From Minisyncoccia bacterium (GTDB lineage Bacteria; Patescibacteriota; Minisyncoccia; Phycocordibacterales; UBA918): DNA of 64,000 nt. The DNA lies in assembly GCA_041742075.1 (NCBI GenBank), contig JBGSJJ010000004.1, forward strand, positions 35,900 through 99,899, written 5' to 3'. The translations under genes were made by a program, and so were the position numbers. Positions 9,976-19,215 of the stretch are shown here, one piece after another. The number at the start of each line of letters is the position of its first letter. Within the stretch, counting starts at the first letter, position 1. The notes below the pieces were generated by a model. The model saw only the letters and a program-made list of their open reading frames with translations, was not told the origin of the DNA and did not search any database.

Positions 9976-11093
9976 CCAGCTCCAATACCGAGAGTACAGG
10001 TCACCACACGATTTATAACACCGCTAGTAACTGGCGTTCCACCAGCTTGATTACACTGGGCAGTTTGAGCAGAGCAATTCCAACCCAATAACCCGAAATT
10101 ACACGGATACGTTTCGGTTCTCGTCGTGGCTGGTGGGTTAGCTGGATCATCTGTTGGAGTGTCTACAGAGTCTATAGGAGTACTGCGGGCACCATAACAA
10201 AGTACCTCTCCCGGGTTACTGGTATTGACGATGCCGAGTTGACTTCCACCACTACAGCGAGCAGTAATGACTGCATCAGTATTCCACGAAGTACAACGTT
10301 CAGCACTTTGTCTAAGACAGGTTGCTTCTAATCTGTCCATTTCACAACCGCCAACTTCAGTACAGTAGTCGAGTAGGTCAGCCCGTATATCGTCTGGAAT
10401 GTCTTCAGGTAAGCCAGGAACTATCGCCGGGTCAACAATTACATCACTGGGTTCTGGAATGATACAACTATATACAATTCCGGTAGCTGTTACATTTGTG
10501 ATACGTGTTTGCCTATCAGGACAACTTTCTGGTCCGGTGATCACGTCTGAATCAGGGTCTGGTTCGCCCGGCCCGGGAGGTTCTGGATTTTCACCGATAC
10601 CGTCACCATCGCTGTCTCTAGGAACGGGTCGATATTGCTGGCCACACTCTACATCGGCCCAGATGTTACCGATATTTTGACCACGTAAGGCTTCCCAGTA
10701 CGTTCCTCCACCAGAGACGGTTAATGCTTTGAGTACCGTGTCGACTATCGTCCATGCCCCAAGGAGTAAGACGAGGCCAATTAAGGCATTGACGAAAAAT
10801 ACTTTTGCTTTGGCGTAGGCGGCCTGGTTTCCACCTGAAAATACGAGTTTAAAACCAGCGTATATAAGCACTAAAGCGACAAAGATGGTCGAGATAGTAA
10901 CTATCCAATCCACCACCACGTCTATCTGCTGTACTAAGTGACAAAAGTTACATTCAGGGCCTTCACACACCACTAAGCCAGCTGGTCCCGGGTCTTGTGC
11001 GAAGCTGGTGCTAGGGAAAGCAAAAACACTCAGAACAAGGAAACTTATGGTGAGTAAAGAAAGTGTCCGCACGAAAAGTGAAGCTAAAGACAT
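9972..11093 (-). CDS. VirB2/TrbC-like pilin with Cys/Pro-rich extension
   Basis: Signal peptide, CEGPECNFC, two TM helices with AGF...AK...NALIGLVLLL pilin pattern, DSDGDG motif, many Cys. Confidence 0.7.
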   Translation of the reverse strand: MSLASLFVRTLSLLTISFLVLSVFAFPSTSFAQDPGPAGLVVCEGPECNFCHLVQQIDVVVDWIVTISTIFVALVLIYAGFKLVFSGGNQAAYAKAKVFFVNALIGLVLLLGAWTIVDTVLKALTVSGGGTYWEALRGQNIGNIWADVECGQQYRPVPRDSDGDGIGENPEPPGPGEPDPDSDVITGPESCPDRQTRITNVTATGIVYSCIIPEPSDVIVDPAIVPGLPEDIPDDIRADLLDYCTEVGGCEMDRLEATCLRQSAERCTSWNTDAVITARCSGGSQLGIVNTSNPGEVLCYGARSTPIDSVDTPTDDPANPPATTRTETYPCNFGLLGWNCSAQTAQCNQAGGTPVTSGVINRVVTCTLGIGAG

Positions 11094-11098
11094 ACGTG

Positions 11099-12295
11099 TT
11101 ATTGAACCAAAGCTGGGTCAAACACCCAGAGTGTGTTATCGGTCTTGTTTCTAAAGACAATCTTTGACCAATCATCAACCATAGACATGTTTGTGACATC
11201 AAGTTTTCTGCCGGCAGCGGTAAGTGGACTGAGGAAGAAGACGTTCTGTCCGGTTTCGAGGTTAAAGAACCAGAAGGTATCATCTGAAGTTAGGGTTCCT
11301 TTATACCACGCATCAATAAACGTCGTGCTGGTCTCGGCTTCTGGCACGGCACACCACATAAGGACACTATCTGGCCTGGAAAACGTACATTTCTCTGGTA
11401 GTAAGAGGTGATCTGTTTGGTATAGGGTTTTGGTTGGGGTCACTGTCTCACTAAACAGTACGCGATTTTGCGTATACGTATAGATAGAGGCGACATCGTT
11501 TTTGAGCATGACTAAACTAGCCCCACTATTTCCTATTGGAATAAGTGTGTTGTTCCTAATCTCATACGCATACCCTTCAAGGAGAGGAGATGGCTTGGTG
11601 TAAGTATAGATACCTTCTATGGTGTGACCCCACACTATTTTTAATTGACGAATTTTGAGTGAAAATAGTTCTTGGCGCACTTGGGTGTCGAGGTTGTAGC
11701 TATAACCTTTAGTTCCGTTTTGGTTCTCGAGGGTGTAGAGAATGACGCGATTATTTTCATAAGCAATATTGCTTGGATTTGGTGGTAAGGGAATAGTCTC
11801 TTGGGTTTCAGGCGACCCTTCCTCAAGCCCTAGTTCAGCCACAAAACTCGAACGGGTATTGTCGATGTAGGTGCTATAGACAACAGATGAGCCGTCTGGG
11901 GAGAACACAGCTTCGACTGACTGCGGAACCGTCATTTTAGATACGGAGGTCTCTTCCCCAGTAAAGAGATTTATTTCATAGACGTGTCCCACTCCCCGCT
12001 CGGCAAAACGGACTTTGGGATAGCCAGCTGTGGTTGTTATCACAAAACCAGAAGCAGGCCGGTTCGAGAGTAATTTAAGCGGGAACTTGGCGAGGGCTTC
12101 TGGGTCGGGAGTGGTATCAACGATCGACTCACTCTCTAGTTCCTGAAGTGGGCGATCTTCTCCGCCCGTAAAGCCGAGGTTAGTAAATATTTCCCCACCA
12201 GACTTAGGGGTACCAAAAAATAGTAAATACAACCATACTGAAATGAGTATGATAAGTATGAGTATTCCCCCGCCAATTAATATTCCTCGTTTCAT
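11099..12295 (-). CDS. Membrane-anchored hypothetical protein, probable beta-propeller
   Basis: Single N-terminal TM; FSPDGS motif; beta-rich. Confidence 0.6.
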   Translation of the reverse strand: MKRGILIGGGILILIILISVWLYLLFFGTPKSGGEIFTNLGFTGGEDRPLQELESESIVDTTPDPEALAKFPLKLLSNRPASGFVITTTAGYPKVRFAERGVGHVYEINLFTGEETSVSKMTVPQSVEAVFSPDGSSVVYSTYIDNTRSSFVAELGLEEGSPETQETIPLPPNPSNIAYENNRVILYTLENQNGTKGYSYNLDTQVRQELFSLKIRQLKIVWGHTIEGIYTYTKPSPLLEGYAYEIRNNTLIPIGNSGASLVMLKNDVASIYTYTQNRVLFSETVTPTKTLYQTDHLLLPEKCTFSRPDSVLMWCAVPEAETSTTFIDAWYKGTLTSDDTFWFFNLETGQNVFFLSPLTAAGRKLDVTNMSMVDDWSKIVFRNKTDNTLWVFDPALVQ

Positions 12296-12304
12296 AAATA
12301 TAGG

Positions 12305-13177
12305 CTAAATGTTTTGACAAGAACAGCTCCTACCGTTATTTCCCTGATCCTGACATAGTAACGTTCGGGTCTCTGTGCCACAAAACTCATTGCCAGTACA
12401 GGCGTCGCCCGAAACTTGTGAAGTTGGTTGTGTCCACACACAAACTCCACCAGGATTAGTATTGTCGCCACCGCCTCCACCCGTGCCGTCAGCCCGGGTG
12501 ACATTTCTGAGAGCATCGAGCTCAGCCCTTTGCGCTTCAAGTGCGGCACGCATGTCAGCGTCAGAACCGGCACCTAAGGCATCAAGTTCAGCCAGGGCCT
12601 CATCTATGGCAGCTAACATGGCCTCTACTTGATTTCGGTCCATTTGGGCTAGGTTTAATCGAGCTGGGAAACAGAGGTATTGGTTTGGGATAAGATTTCC
12701 ATCAGCATCAGTAGCTTGCTCAAAGCGTCCAGGCAGAGCATCACACGCGAGACGACTAACCGCCACCGCATTGGGTTCGTCTCTCACAATTCCGATAGGG
12801 TTAAAGGTTGAGCGGTTATCCTCGCCTTCCCCCGATTCTAAGAAAGCTAGGTTGGTCAAACTGGTGTTGACGGTGTTCAAAATTATTACTGCCGCGAGCA
12901 CGATAAGCAAGCCAAGAATAGCGCCCCTGATGTCTCGCTTAGCATCTTCTTTACTCGTTACGATGTCGGAGAGAACGTACTTTACTCCCGCAATGGTGAT
13001 TTTAAGTAAGGCCAACACTGCCGCAATTGAGATAGAGAGAATATACAGTGCGTTTAGGTAGGCGTCGACGTCTATGTTGCCTTCGTCTACCCCCGGGATA
13101 CCAACCATAACCTGAAACTCCTGTGCAAAGGTATTGAGTGGGAAGAGGAGAGCGAGAACGATAAGTGTTTTTAACAT
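12305..13177 (-). CDS. VirB2/TrbC-like pilin with Cys-rich tail
   Basis: Signal peptide; AGVKYV...AKRDIRGAILGLLIVL..IILNTVN pilin pattern. Confidence 0.7.
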   Translation of the reverse strand: MLKTLIVLALLFPLNTFAQEFQVMVGIPGVDEGNIDVDAYLNALYILSISIAAVLALLKITIAGVKYVLSDIVTSKEDAKRDIRGAILGLLIVLAAVIILNTVNTSLTNLAFLESGEGEDNRSTFNPIGIVRDEPNAVAVSRLACDALPGRFEQATDADGNLIPNQYLCFPARLNLAQMDRNQVEAMLAAIDEALAELDALGAGSDADMRAALEAQRAELDALRNVTRADGTGGGGGDNTNPGGVCVWTQPTSQVSGDACTGNEFCGTETRTLLCQDQGNNGRSCSCQNI

Positions 13178-13180
13178 AAC

Positions 13181-14323
13181 TTAAAATCTAATTTGAAATG
13201 AATTACGAGCTGCACTGATGATGTCTGAGGCACTGCGAATCTGAAGTCCAACGGTATACTCAGCACTACCGCTGTCTTTACGAAGGGTTATTTCGTACGG
13301 GTTTTTAAGTGAACCGCTTACTTTCCTACCACCAAGTGTCCACGAGACACTAGCGCCAGAAGCCAGGCTACTCTTTTCTAAGTGGTAGGGTGCCCCAAGT
13401 ACCGTTATTTCATTGGCGGTCAAGTCAAATGGAGACTTAAGAGCTACTTCACTAATACCCCTAAGGGCGTTATTTTCATAGAAAATAAGTTCTCCTTCAG
13501 TTAAAGGTACGTCAATACTTTTTCGCCCAATACGGAGACCGTCAAGGTTTGAGACTTCAACCACTAGGGTGACTTCTTTGCGGAGTGGTGGAGAAAAGCG
13601 GATGGTGTTGCCTCCACGCGTGTTTCCCCCGTTTATTACTTTGTTTTCGAGCTTCCATACATAACTGAGGTCACTAGAACCTATGCCAGTACCGGTATAC
13701 ACGACTGCAGTAGCAGAAATAGGAGAATTAACGCCAGGCAAACTTCTACCCGCATAGAAAACCGGAGCGGTGGTATTGGCATCGATAATGATGTCTACAC
13801 GTATTGGTCTAAAGGTGTAGCTTGCGCTGACTTTTACCCCACTTTCCATAACGAGCTCGGCGCGGACTTCCTTTGTCTTACCTAGTGCGGGGCTGACAAT
13901 AGTAATTTTACGGAGACCTGTAAGAGCATCAATCCGGGCTCCATCGACATACCATACAATAATCGCACCGACGGTATTGAGTGAATAATCATCAAGTCGT
14001 ATTTCGGTAACCGTATCGGGTGGTGGAAAGCTCGGTGAGGCAATAAGGCTTGCTGGACTCCCATTGGTTTGAAATGACTGTATACCAGTCCCTTGACTCG
14101 GCGCATTGGTAGTAGGGAGGCTTCCGTTGAACTGATTTAAAGCGTTAATCAACGACTGCTCGTAGTCGCCTGCTATATTGGTATTGAGTCTATATTCAGG
14201 AAGGGCAATATCGCTTATTGACAAACCCTCACTATCTTCATCTGATTGTGCAAATGAGTTTTGCGCAATCATAAAACTAGTTATGATGAGGAGAAACAAA
14301 AATTTGCGAGCCCAATTTTGCAT
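13181..14323 (-). CDS. Secreted hypothetical protein, Ig/PKD-like beta domains
   Basis: Signal peptide; repeated WYVDG, YVWKL, SWTLGG strands. Confidence 0.6.
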   Translation of the reverse strand: MQNWARKFLFLLIITSFMIAQNSFAQSDEDSEGLSISDIALPEYRLNTNIAGDYEQSLINALNQFNGSLPTTNAPSQGTGIQSFQTNGSPASLIASPSFPPPDTVTEIRLDDYSLNTVGAIIVWYVDGARIDALTGLRKITIVSPALGKTKEVRAELVMESGVKVSASYTFRPIRVDIIIDANTTAPVFYAGRSLPGVNSPISATAVVYTGTGIGSSDLSYVWKLENKVINGGNTRGGNTIRFSPPLRKEVTLVVEVSNLDGLRIGRKSIDVPLTEGELIFYENNALRGISEVALKSPFDLTANEITVLGAPYHLEKSSLASGASVSWTLGGRKVSGSLKNPYEITLRKDSGSAEYTVGLQIRSASDIISAARNSFQIRF

Positions 14324-14375
14324 AATTTAATCATAGCATAGCCACTAATTACAAAACTTTACTTGCGAACAGTCT

Positions 14376-15350
14376 TTAGGGACGATACGCATGCTGAACC
14401 ATAAAAGCCCAAATGATGACCGCGGGTATAAAGTTGAAAAATGGGAGAAAGTATATGATGAGACTGATAGAAAACCATACCCACAACAGTCCTTTCATGG
14501 AGTTTACTCCAGCTATCTGGTACGAAAGCCAGCCACCAACACAAAAAACAAAACCGGTAATGATATTTAAAGCATATCCAAGTATAGCAACCCCTAAAAA
14601 CATCTCAGCGACGTTTGTCCCGACCCAATTTACCCCACTCCCGAGGAAGCTACCGATAAACGGTACATAGGCAAGCGCGGCAGCAACCCCGTTTACTGCG
14701 GACTTAATGAGTGAGCCAGTACCGACTCCGAAGACAAAAATAAGGAAAAAAAATATTTGAATAGTACAGAAGCCAATTGCAAAGGTAATAAGCATCCTCG
14801 AAATAGTTTTGGCTGCTACCCGGGTGTAGAGGCTTTCACTTGACTCCTCTTCCATAGTCTCAAAGCCACGGGCAGTAGCTTGAGGGTTTTCTAAAACCGT
14901 AATAGTTTCTTCACCCACCTCGTCTTTCGGTTTTTTTTTCTCGGTGCGGTAGAGATTTTGCTTATCTTTGATGCTTTCTCCTAATAATGCCGGACGTCCC
15001 TTACGATCATCCCTGTCAGCTATAATGTTTCCCTCAGTATCCCAATCGTCTGAGGTGTTGGCAACACCGGGTTTTCGGTTTTGGTTGGCGGGAACCATGT
15101 CTTGACGACCCGTCTCCTTTGTATCGCTCATAAAGGGAGAGTTATAAATCACCCGGACGTTTGTCGGACTTTCTACTCGTGGAGCTTTAGTCGGATTAGC
15201 GGGGAGAGAAGAAACTTTTCTGTCATACGCATCAGTCCGGACACCAAAGCCACGTGGAATTTTAGGTGCTGGTGACTGACTTGAGTCAGTTCTACGAACA
15301 CCAGGATTAATGTCTTCAAAATAGGTGTCTTTTCTGTTTGGTTCTGCCAT
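14376..15350 (-). CDS. Hypothetical membrane protein (disordered N-terminus, C-terminal TMs)
   Basis: Charged low-complexity N-half, about 4 hydrophobic helices. Confidence 0.65.
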   Translation of the reverse strand: MAEPNRKDTYFEDINPGVRRTDSSQSPAPKIPRGFGVRTDAYDRKVSSLPANPTKAPRVESPTNVRVIYNSPFMSDTKETGRQDMVPANQNRKPGVANTSDDWDTEGNIIADRDDRKGRPALLGESIKDKQNLYRTEKKKPKDEVGEETITVLENPQATARGFETMEEESSESLYTRVAAKTISRMLITFAIGFCTIQIFFFLIFVFGVGTGSLIKSAVNGVAAALAYVPFIGSFLGSGVNWVGTNVAEMFLGVAILGYALNIITGFVFCVGGWLSYQIAGVNSMKGLLWVWFSISLIIYFLPFFNFIPAVIIWAFMVQHAYRP

Positions 15351-15362
15351 ACCTGGTGTTGG

Positions 15363-17168
15363 TTAGCTATTGGCACGAAGTTCCTCGCGCGCTTTTTTAA
15401 TCTGAAGAATTTGGGATGGGTCAGAGGTAATAATTTGGTCCTCGGTATACGAGGCAATCACTTTAATCGCTACGTGCTTCATGCCGGCAAAGAAGATACC
15501 TTCCCCTACCCCACTTTCAAGGAGAAGAAACTTCTCTTCATCAGTTAGGTTGAATGTCTGTTGAATGTTATCTATTGCAGTCGGTGACTGCTTCATAAGA
15601 AGCTGAAGACTGGAGTTGGTGATCATCGGAATTCCGTATGGTGAGCGGAGGAAGTCGTCCACGTCTTGGGTAATCGTCGAAAGACCAAGGTAGTATTTTC
15701 GTCCACGTTTGGCGAGCATAAAGAGGAAAGACGCCGTGTCTTCACTTTTCATCATCCACCAGGCTTCATCGATTACCAAGAGTCGTTTAGTGAGGCGTCT
15801 TCTAATGGCACTCCAGATGTGGTTGGTGATGATGTACATTGCCACCGTTTTAAGCTCGTCTTCCATGTCTCGCAAGGAAAACACTACGAATTTTTGGTTG
15901 ATGTCGACGTTGGTTGGTTTGTTCATAAAACCAGACCAGGTACCTGAAGAGTATTTTTGGAGTCGAGAAATCAGTGAACCACTCCCCTCCATGCCGGCGA
16001 GCACCATTTCGAAGTCTGAAAGTAGTGGTGGTTCAAGGGTGCTGTAATCACTGGTTCCTGTAATGTCCTTAAGTGCATAGGTTTCGATAATGGCTTGGTC
16101 AATAATAGTTTCCTCCTCTGGAGTCAGTCCACCAAGCATGAGGCGGAACATACCCATCAGCTCGATAATATGCGAACGTAAAATATCGCTCGGACTCTCG
16201 TCAGGTTGTGCTATCGGTAAGTCAAACGGATTAATGTGGTGAGAAGAAGAAAGCGAAATATTGAAAAACCGACCACCGGTGGCTTCTGCTAGGTACTCGT
16301 ATTCACGCTCCGGGTCAATCACGATTACCTCGACCCCAAACATAAGTGAACGCAAAATCTCTAGCTTGGTGGTGTATGACTTACCGGCTCCAGAGGTAGC
16401 AAACGTAACGGAGTTGTAGTTGGTGAGCTGGAACCGATCGAAGAGGACAAGACTTGAGTTGTGGCGGTTGATGCCATAGAGGATACCGGTGTCCGACGTA
16501 AGGTCAAACGAAACAAACGGAAAGAAACTTGAAAGTGGGGCGGTGTTGAATTTACTGTGAATAAGTAGTTCGTCTGAACAAGTCGGGATCACACTCCGAA
16601 TCCCTTGCTCTTGCTGAAAGAGCGCTGGTTTAAGGTGAATCAGACGAGCATCAAGGATACTTTTTATTTCTGATTCGGTTTTATTTAAAACTGCCTCGTC
16701 CTCACCATAGATAGTTACATAGAGGCCCACATTAAAAAGCTTCTCTTCCGCCTGTTGAAGCTTGTCGCGCAGGTCTTCGAGGTTGCGCCAGGCGGCTTCA
16801 AGTTGTGGATCACGCACCATACCTTGTTCAGCGCGGATGTTTATTTGACTCTGTACCTCAGCTACTTTTTTCTGGAACTTCTTGAGTGTTTCAGCTGTAT
16901 CAATCGGGTGAATCACGATTGATACATCGAGTTCTTTTTCAATGTTAAGAATTGGCTCAAGCCAGCCATCGTTTAGGTAACGTGGGTAGGATACGGTGAA
17001 AAACGTTCGGGCATAGGTACCACTGATGTTTATGCTTCTGGTGTTAATTTCAATTCCCGATGGAGCGATAATGTCCTCTAGGGTAAGCAGTGCTTCAGAA
17101 ACCGCCGAGACGGAGTTATCATCAAAGTTTGAAGTTTTTTTTGGTTGTAAGAAGTCTAGTAAAGCCAT
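15363..17168 (-). CDS. VirB4-like secretion/conjugation ATPase
   Basis: Walker A TSGAGKS, VIDPEREY, LVIDEAW, KRGRKY, ITQDVDDF. Confidence 0.92.
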   Translation of the reverse strand: MALLDFLQPKKTSNFDDNSVSAVSEALLTLEDIIAPSGIEINTRSINISGTYARTFFTVSYPRYLNDGWLEPILNIEKELDVSIVIHPIDTAETLKKFQKKVAEVQSQINIRAEQGMVRDPQLEAAWRNLEDLRDKLQQAEEKLFNVGLYVTIYGEDEAVLNKTESEIKSILDARLIHLKPALFQQEQGIRSVIPTCSDELLIHSKFNTAPLSSFFPFVSFDLTSDTGILYGINRHNSSLVLFDRFQLTNYNSVTFATSGAGKSYTTKLEILRSLMFGVEVIVIDPEREYEYLAEATGGRFFNISLSSSHHINPFDLPIAQPDESPSDILRSHIIELMGMFRLMLGGLTPEEETIIDQAIIETYALKDITGTSDYSTLEPPLLSDFEMVLAGMEGSGSLISRLQKYSSGTWSGFMNKPTNVDINQKFVVFSLRDMEDELKTVAMYIITNHIWSAIRRRLTKRLLVIDEAWWMMKSEDTASFLFMLAKRGRKYYLGLSTITQDVDDFLRSPYGIPMITNSSLQLLMKQSPTAIDNIQQTFNLTDEEKFLLLESGVGEGIFFAGMKHVAIKVIASYTEDQIITSDPSQILQIKKAREELRANS

Positions 17169-17171
17169 AGA

Positions 17172-17807
17172 TTAATTTATACGGGGTGCGTCACCAGTGG
17201 TATCCCCCGGGTTAAAGATATGATAAAAAAGCTCAACTAATTCTTCATTCTGAAGTGGAACCGTGCGGACACCAATCCGAATCAGTCCCTGTTCAACGAG
17301 GGTAGACCGTTGCTCGAGTTGAACCCGGTATTCTTCAAACTGTTTTTCATCAAACAGTGACTTGTTCTTCTTACTACCAAACATAGAAGTGATACCCGAG
17401 GCTAGGTTTGCTTGAATCGGTGTGTACGGCACTACAATGAAAAAGTTTTTACTCATAATATCCACCTCAGTCGTGAAGGTGCGAATGAACTGCATGTATT
17501 CTCGAAGTTGAATTTGCATCAGGTCATTGTCTTGGATAGGTTCCCGAGCTTCGAGTAAGGCAAGATAGGGTGTGATGTCGAGTCGTCGTGACTGGATATA
17601 AAACTGAATCGAGAAATCGAGCGTGTTTAAAAAAGACTGAAATTGAGTCAAAATAGCCTGTTGTTCGTCGGCACTCTTAAGGGCGAAGTTGATTGAGGAG
17701 GCGAGTAAAATAGTGCAAAGTTTACCATCTTTTAAAACCACCACATTTTCTTTAATGTCGCGGACAGGGACGAAATCTTGAGTTGCTGGTTTTACGTTAG
17801 AAGCCAT
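17172..17807 (-). CDS. TraC/VirB4-associated protein
   Basis: SINFALKSADEQQAI...FLNTLDFSIQ; lies between prgI and virB4. Confidence 0.75.
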   Translation of the reverse strand: MASNVKPATQDFVPVRDIKENVVVLKDGKLCTILLASSINFALKSADEQQAILTQFQSFLNTLDFSIQFYIQSRRLDITPYLALLEAREPIQDNDLMQIQLREYMQFIRTFTTEVDIMSKNFFIVVPYTPIQANLASGITSMFGSKKNKSLFDEKQFEEYRVQLEQRSTLVEQGLIRIGVRTVPLQNEELVELFYHIFNPGDTTGDAPRIN

Positions 17808-17808
17808 A

Positions 17809-18225
17809 TTATTTTACTTTTTGGAGAGCCTGCATTTCTAGTTTACGGGAGAGCGAGTTTATACCTCCTTTACCAGTCGTGGGCATAGTCTGAATACCAG
17901 AAGCACTACGCGCGTCTCCCGACGCTCTATCTCGGTACACAACGTCAGTTCGTTTGTGCCAGTAGTACATCTTGGTTTTTTTGTAGTAGTTGACGACTGA
18001 TTCAAGAAAGATTGAAAAGGGACGGTTGTTCACTGGATAAAAAGCGAGCAGTAGGGCGAGGAGAGTAAGGGGAAGACCAATTAAGAGAAACACGATGAGT
18101 CCAAAGACAATGTACGAAACGACCCCAACCCCAACCCCGCCAGCTAGATACACGAATTGTTTCCAGGTGAAGGGACCAATGATTTTGTCTTCGATTTCAA
18201 TAAATTGAGGTACCTCAAAACGCAT
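17809..18225 (-). CDS. PrgI family membrane protein (VirB3-like)
   Basis: VPQFIEIEDKIIGPFTWKQF, two TMs, NNRPF. Confidence 0.85.
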   Translation of the reverse strand: MRFEVPQFIEIEDKIIGPFTWKQFVYLAGGVGVGVVSYIVFGLIVFLLIGLPLTLLALLLAFYPVNNRPFSIFLESVVNYYKKTKMYYWHKRTDVVYRDRASGDARSASGIQTMPTTGKGGINSLSRKLEMQALQKVK

Positions 18226-18277
18226 ACATATGTATTATACATTGTACTTTACAATTAGCGGCGTAACTTATGCGAAC

Positions 18278-19204
18278 TTATCCCCGACCGTCGTTTGCTT
18301 GGTCGCTACTGAAGTCAGGCGTAGGTACCACCGGTGCTCGTTTTAGCAAGGCATCTTGCGCCACACTATGAATGATATTTTTATTGGCGTCCGGAGTTCC
18401 GTAGAGCTCAGGATATTTTTCTCGATACGCACCGTAGCCATGAATTCGTTCGTTGTCAGTATCCATGGTTCGAACAGGTGCTATGTCAGCAGGACGTTCA
18501 GTTTGGGGTGGTGGCGGAGTAGCAGTAAATGGGTTTGGGATATTGAGTGGCGGAACTGAGCTAACTGGTTTAGTTACCGGCAGTGGTTCAGAAACCACTG
18601 GTTCAGACAAGCTCGTGAGGCGAGCCGAAGAAGCAGGGCCGGCGATTGGTACCTGGGCGACTGACGGAATAGGGCTTGGGGCCACAGTATCGTACGTTGT
18701 ACTAGCGGTAGGAGGTATTACTGGTTGAAACACTGCTTGGGGTGGATTTGGTGCTGTTGCTACTGTGCTACGTGGGGCCGGAGTAGTTTGGGCAGACATA
18801 CCGGTCGGGACTGTTTCAGAGGCTGGTTTTAGGTAGTTTTTGGTAGTTGCTGAAGATGTTCCAGGTAGTGGGCTTTGTGGCAGTGGTGCAGACACAACGA
18901 CACTTTGCGCACTTTTTTCTTTGAGAGTTTTTACTGTTTGGGAAATTTCCAGAGCCAGACTCATTTGTATATCATCAGTTACACCGAGCGAACTAAGCTC
19001 ATTAAGCATCGACTTTAAATCAACGAGGCCAAGAAGATAATAGCTCATCGCAGTGGTAAGAGCTCGCCTATTTTTATCCTCGAGGTGGTGTTTTATAAGA
19101 AGAGCGGTGACGGCAATCGGAATTTGCTCTGAGTCAATCAGGGTCTTTACCTCAGCCGGAGCCTTGGTGTATGCGTCTTGAAATTTTTCCCAGTTACTTT
19201 GCAT
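18278..19204 (-). CDS. Pro/Ser/Thr-rich hypothetical protein
   Basis: Helical N-terminal domain plus long Pro-rich linker; co-oriented in cluster. Confidence 0.65.
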   Translation of the reverse strand: MQSNWEKFQDAYTKAPAEVKTLIDSEQIPIAVTALLIKHHLEDKNRRALTTAMSYYLLGLVDLKSMLNELSSLGVTDDIQMSLALEISQTVKTLKEKSAQSVVVSAPLPQSPLPGTSSATTKNYLKPASETVPTGMSAQTTPAPRSTVATAPNPPQAVFQPVIPPTASTTYDTVAPSPIPSVAQVPIAGPASSARLTSLSEPVVSEPLPVTKPVSSVPPLNIPNPFTATPPPPQTERPADIAPVRTMDTDNERIHGYGAYREKYPELYGTPDANKNIIHSVAQDALLKRAPVVPTPDFSSDQANDGRG

Positions 19205-19215
19205 ATGTGAATGAT

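Noticed and set aside
18250-18277. dif site (TTATGCGAACT resembles a XerC arm)
   Set aside because: No XerD arm at 6-bp spacing, and the position is near oriC
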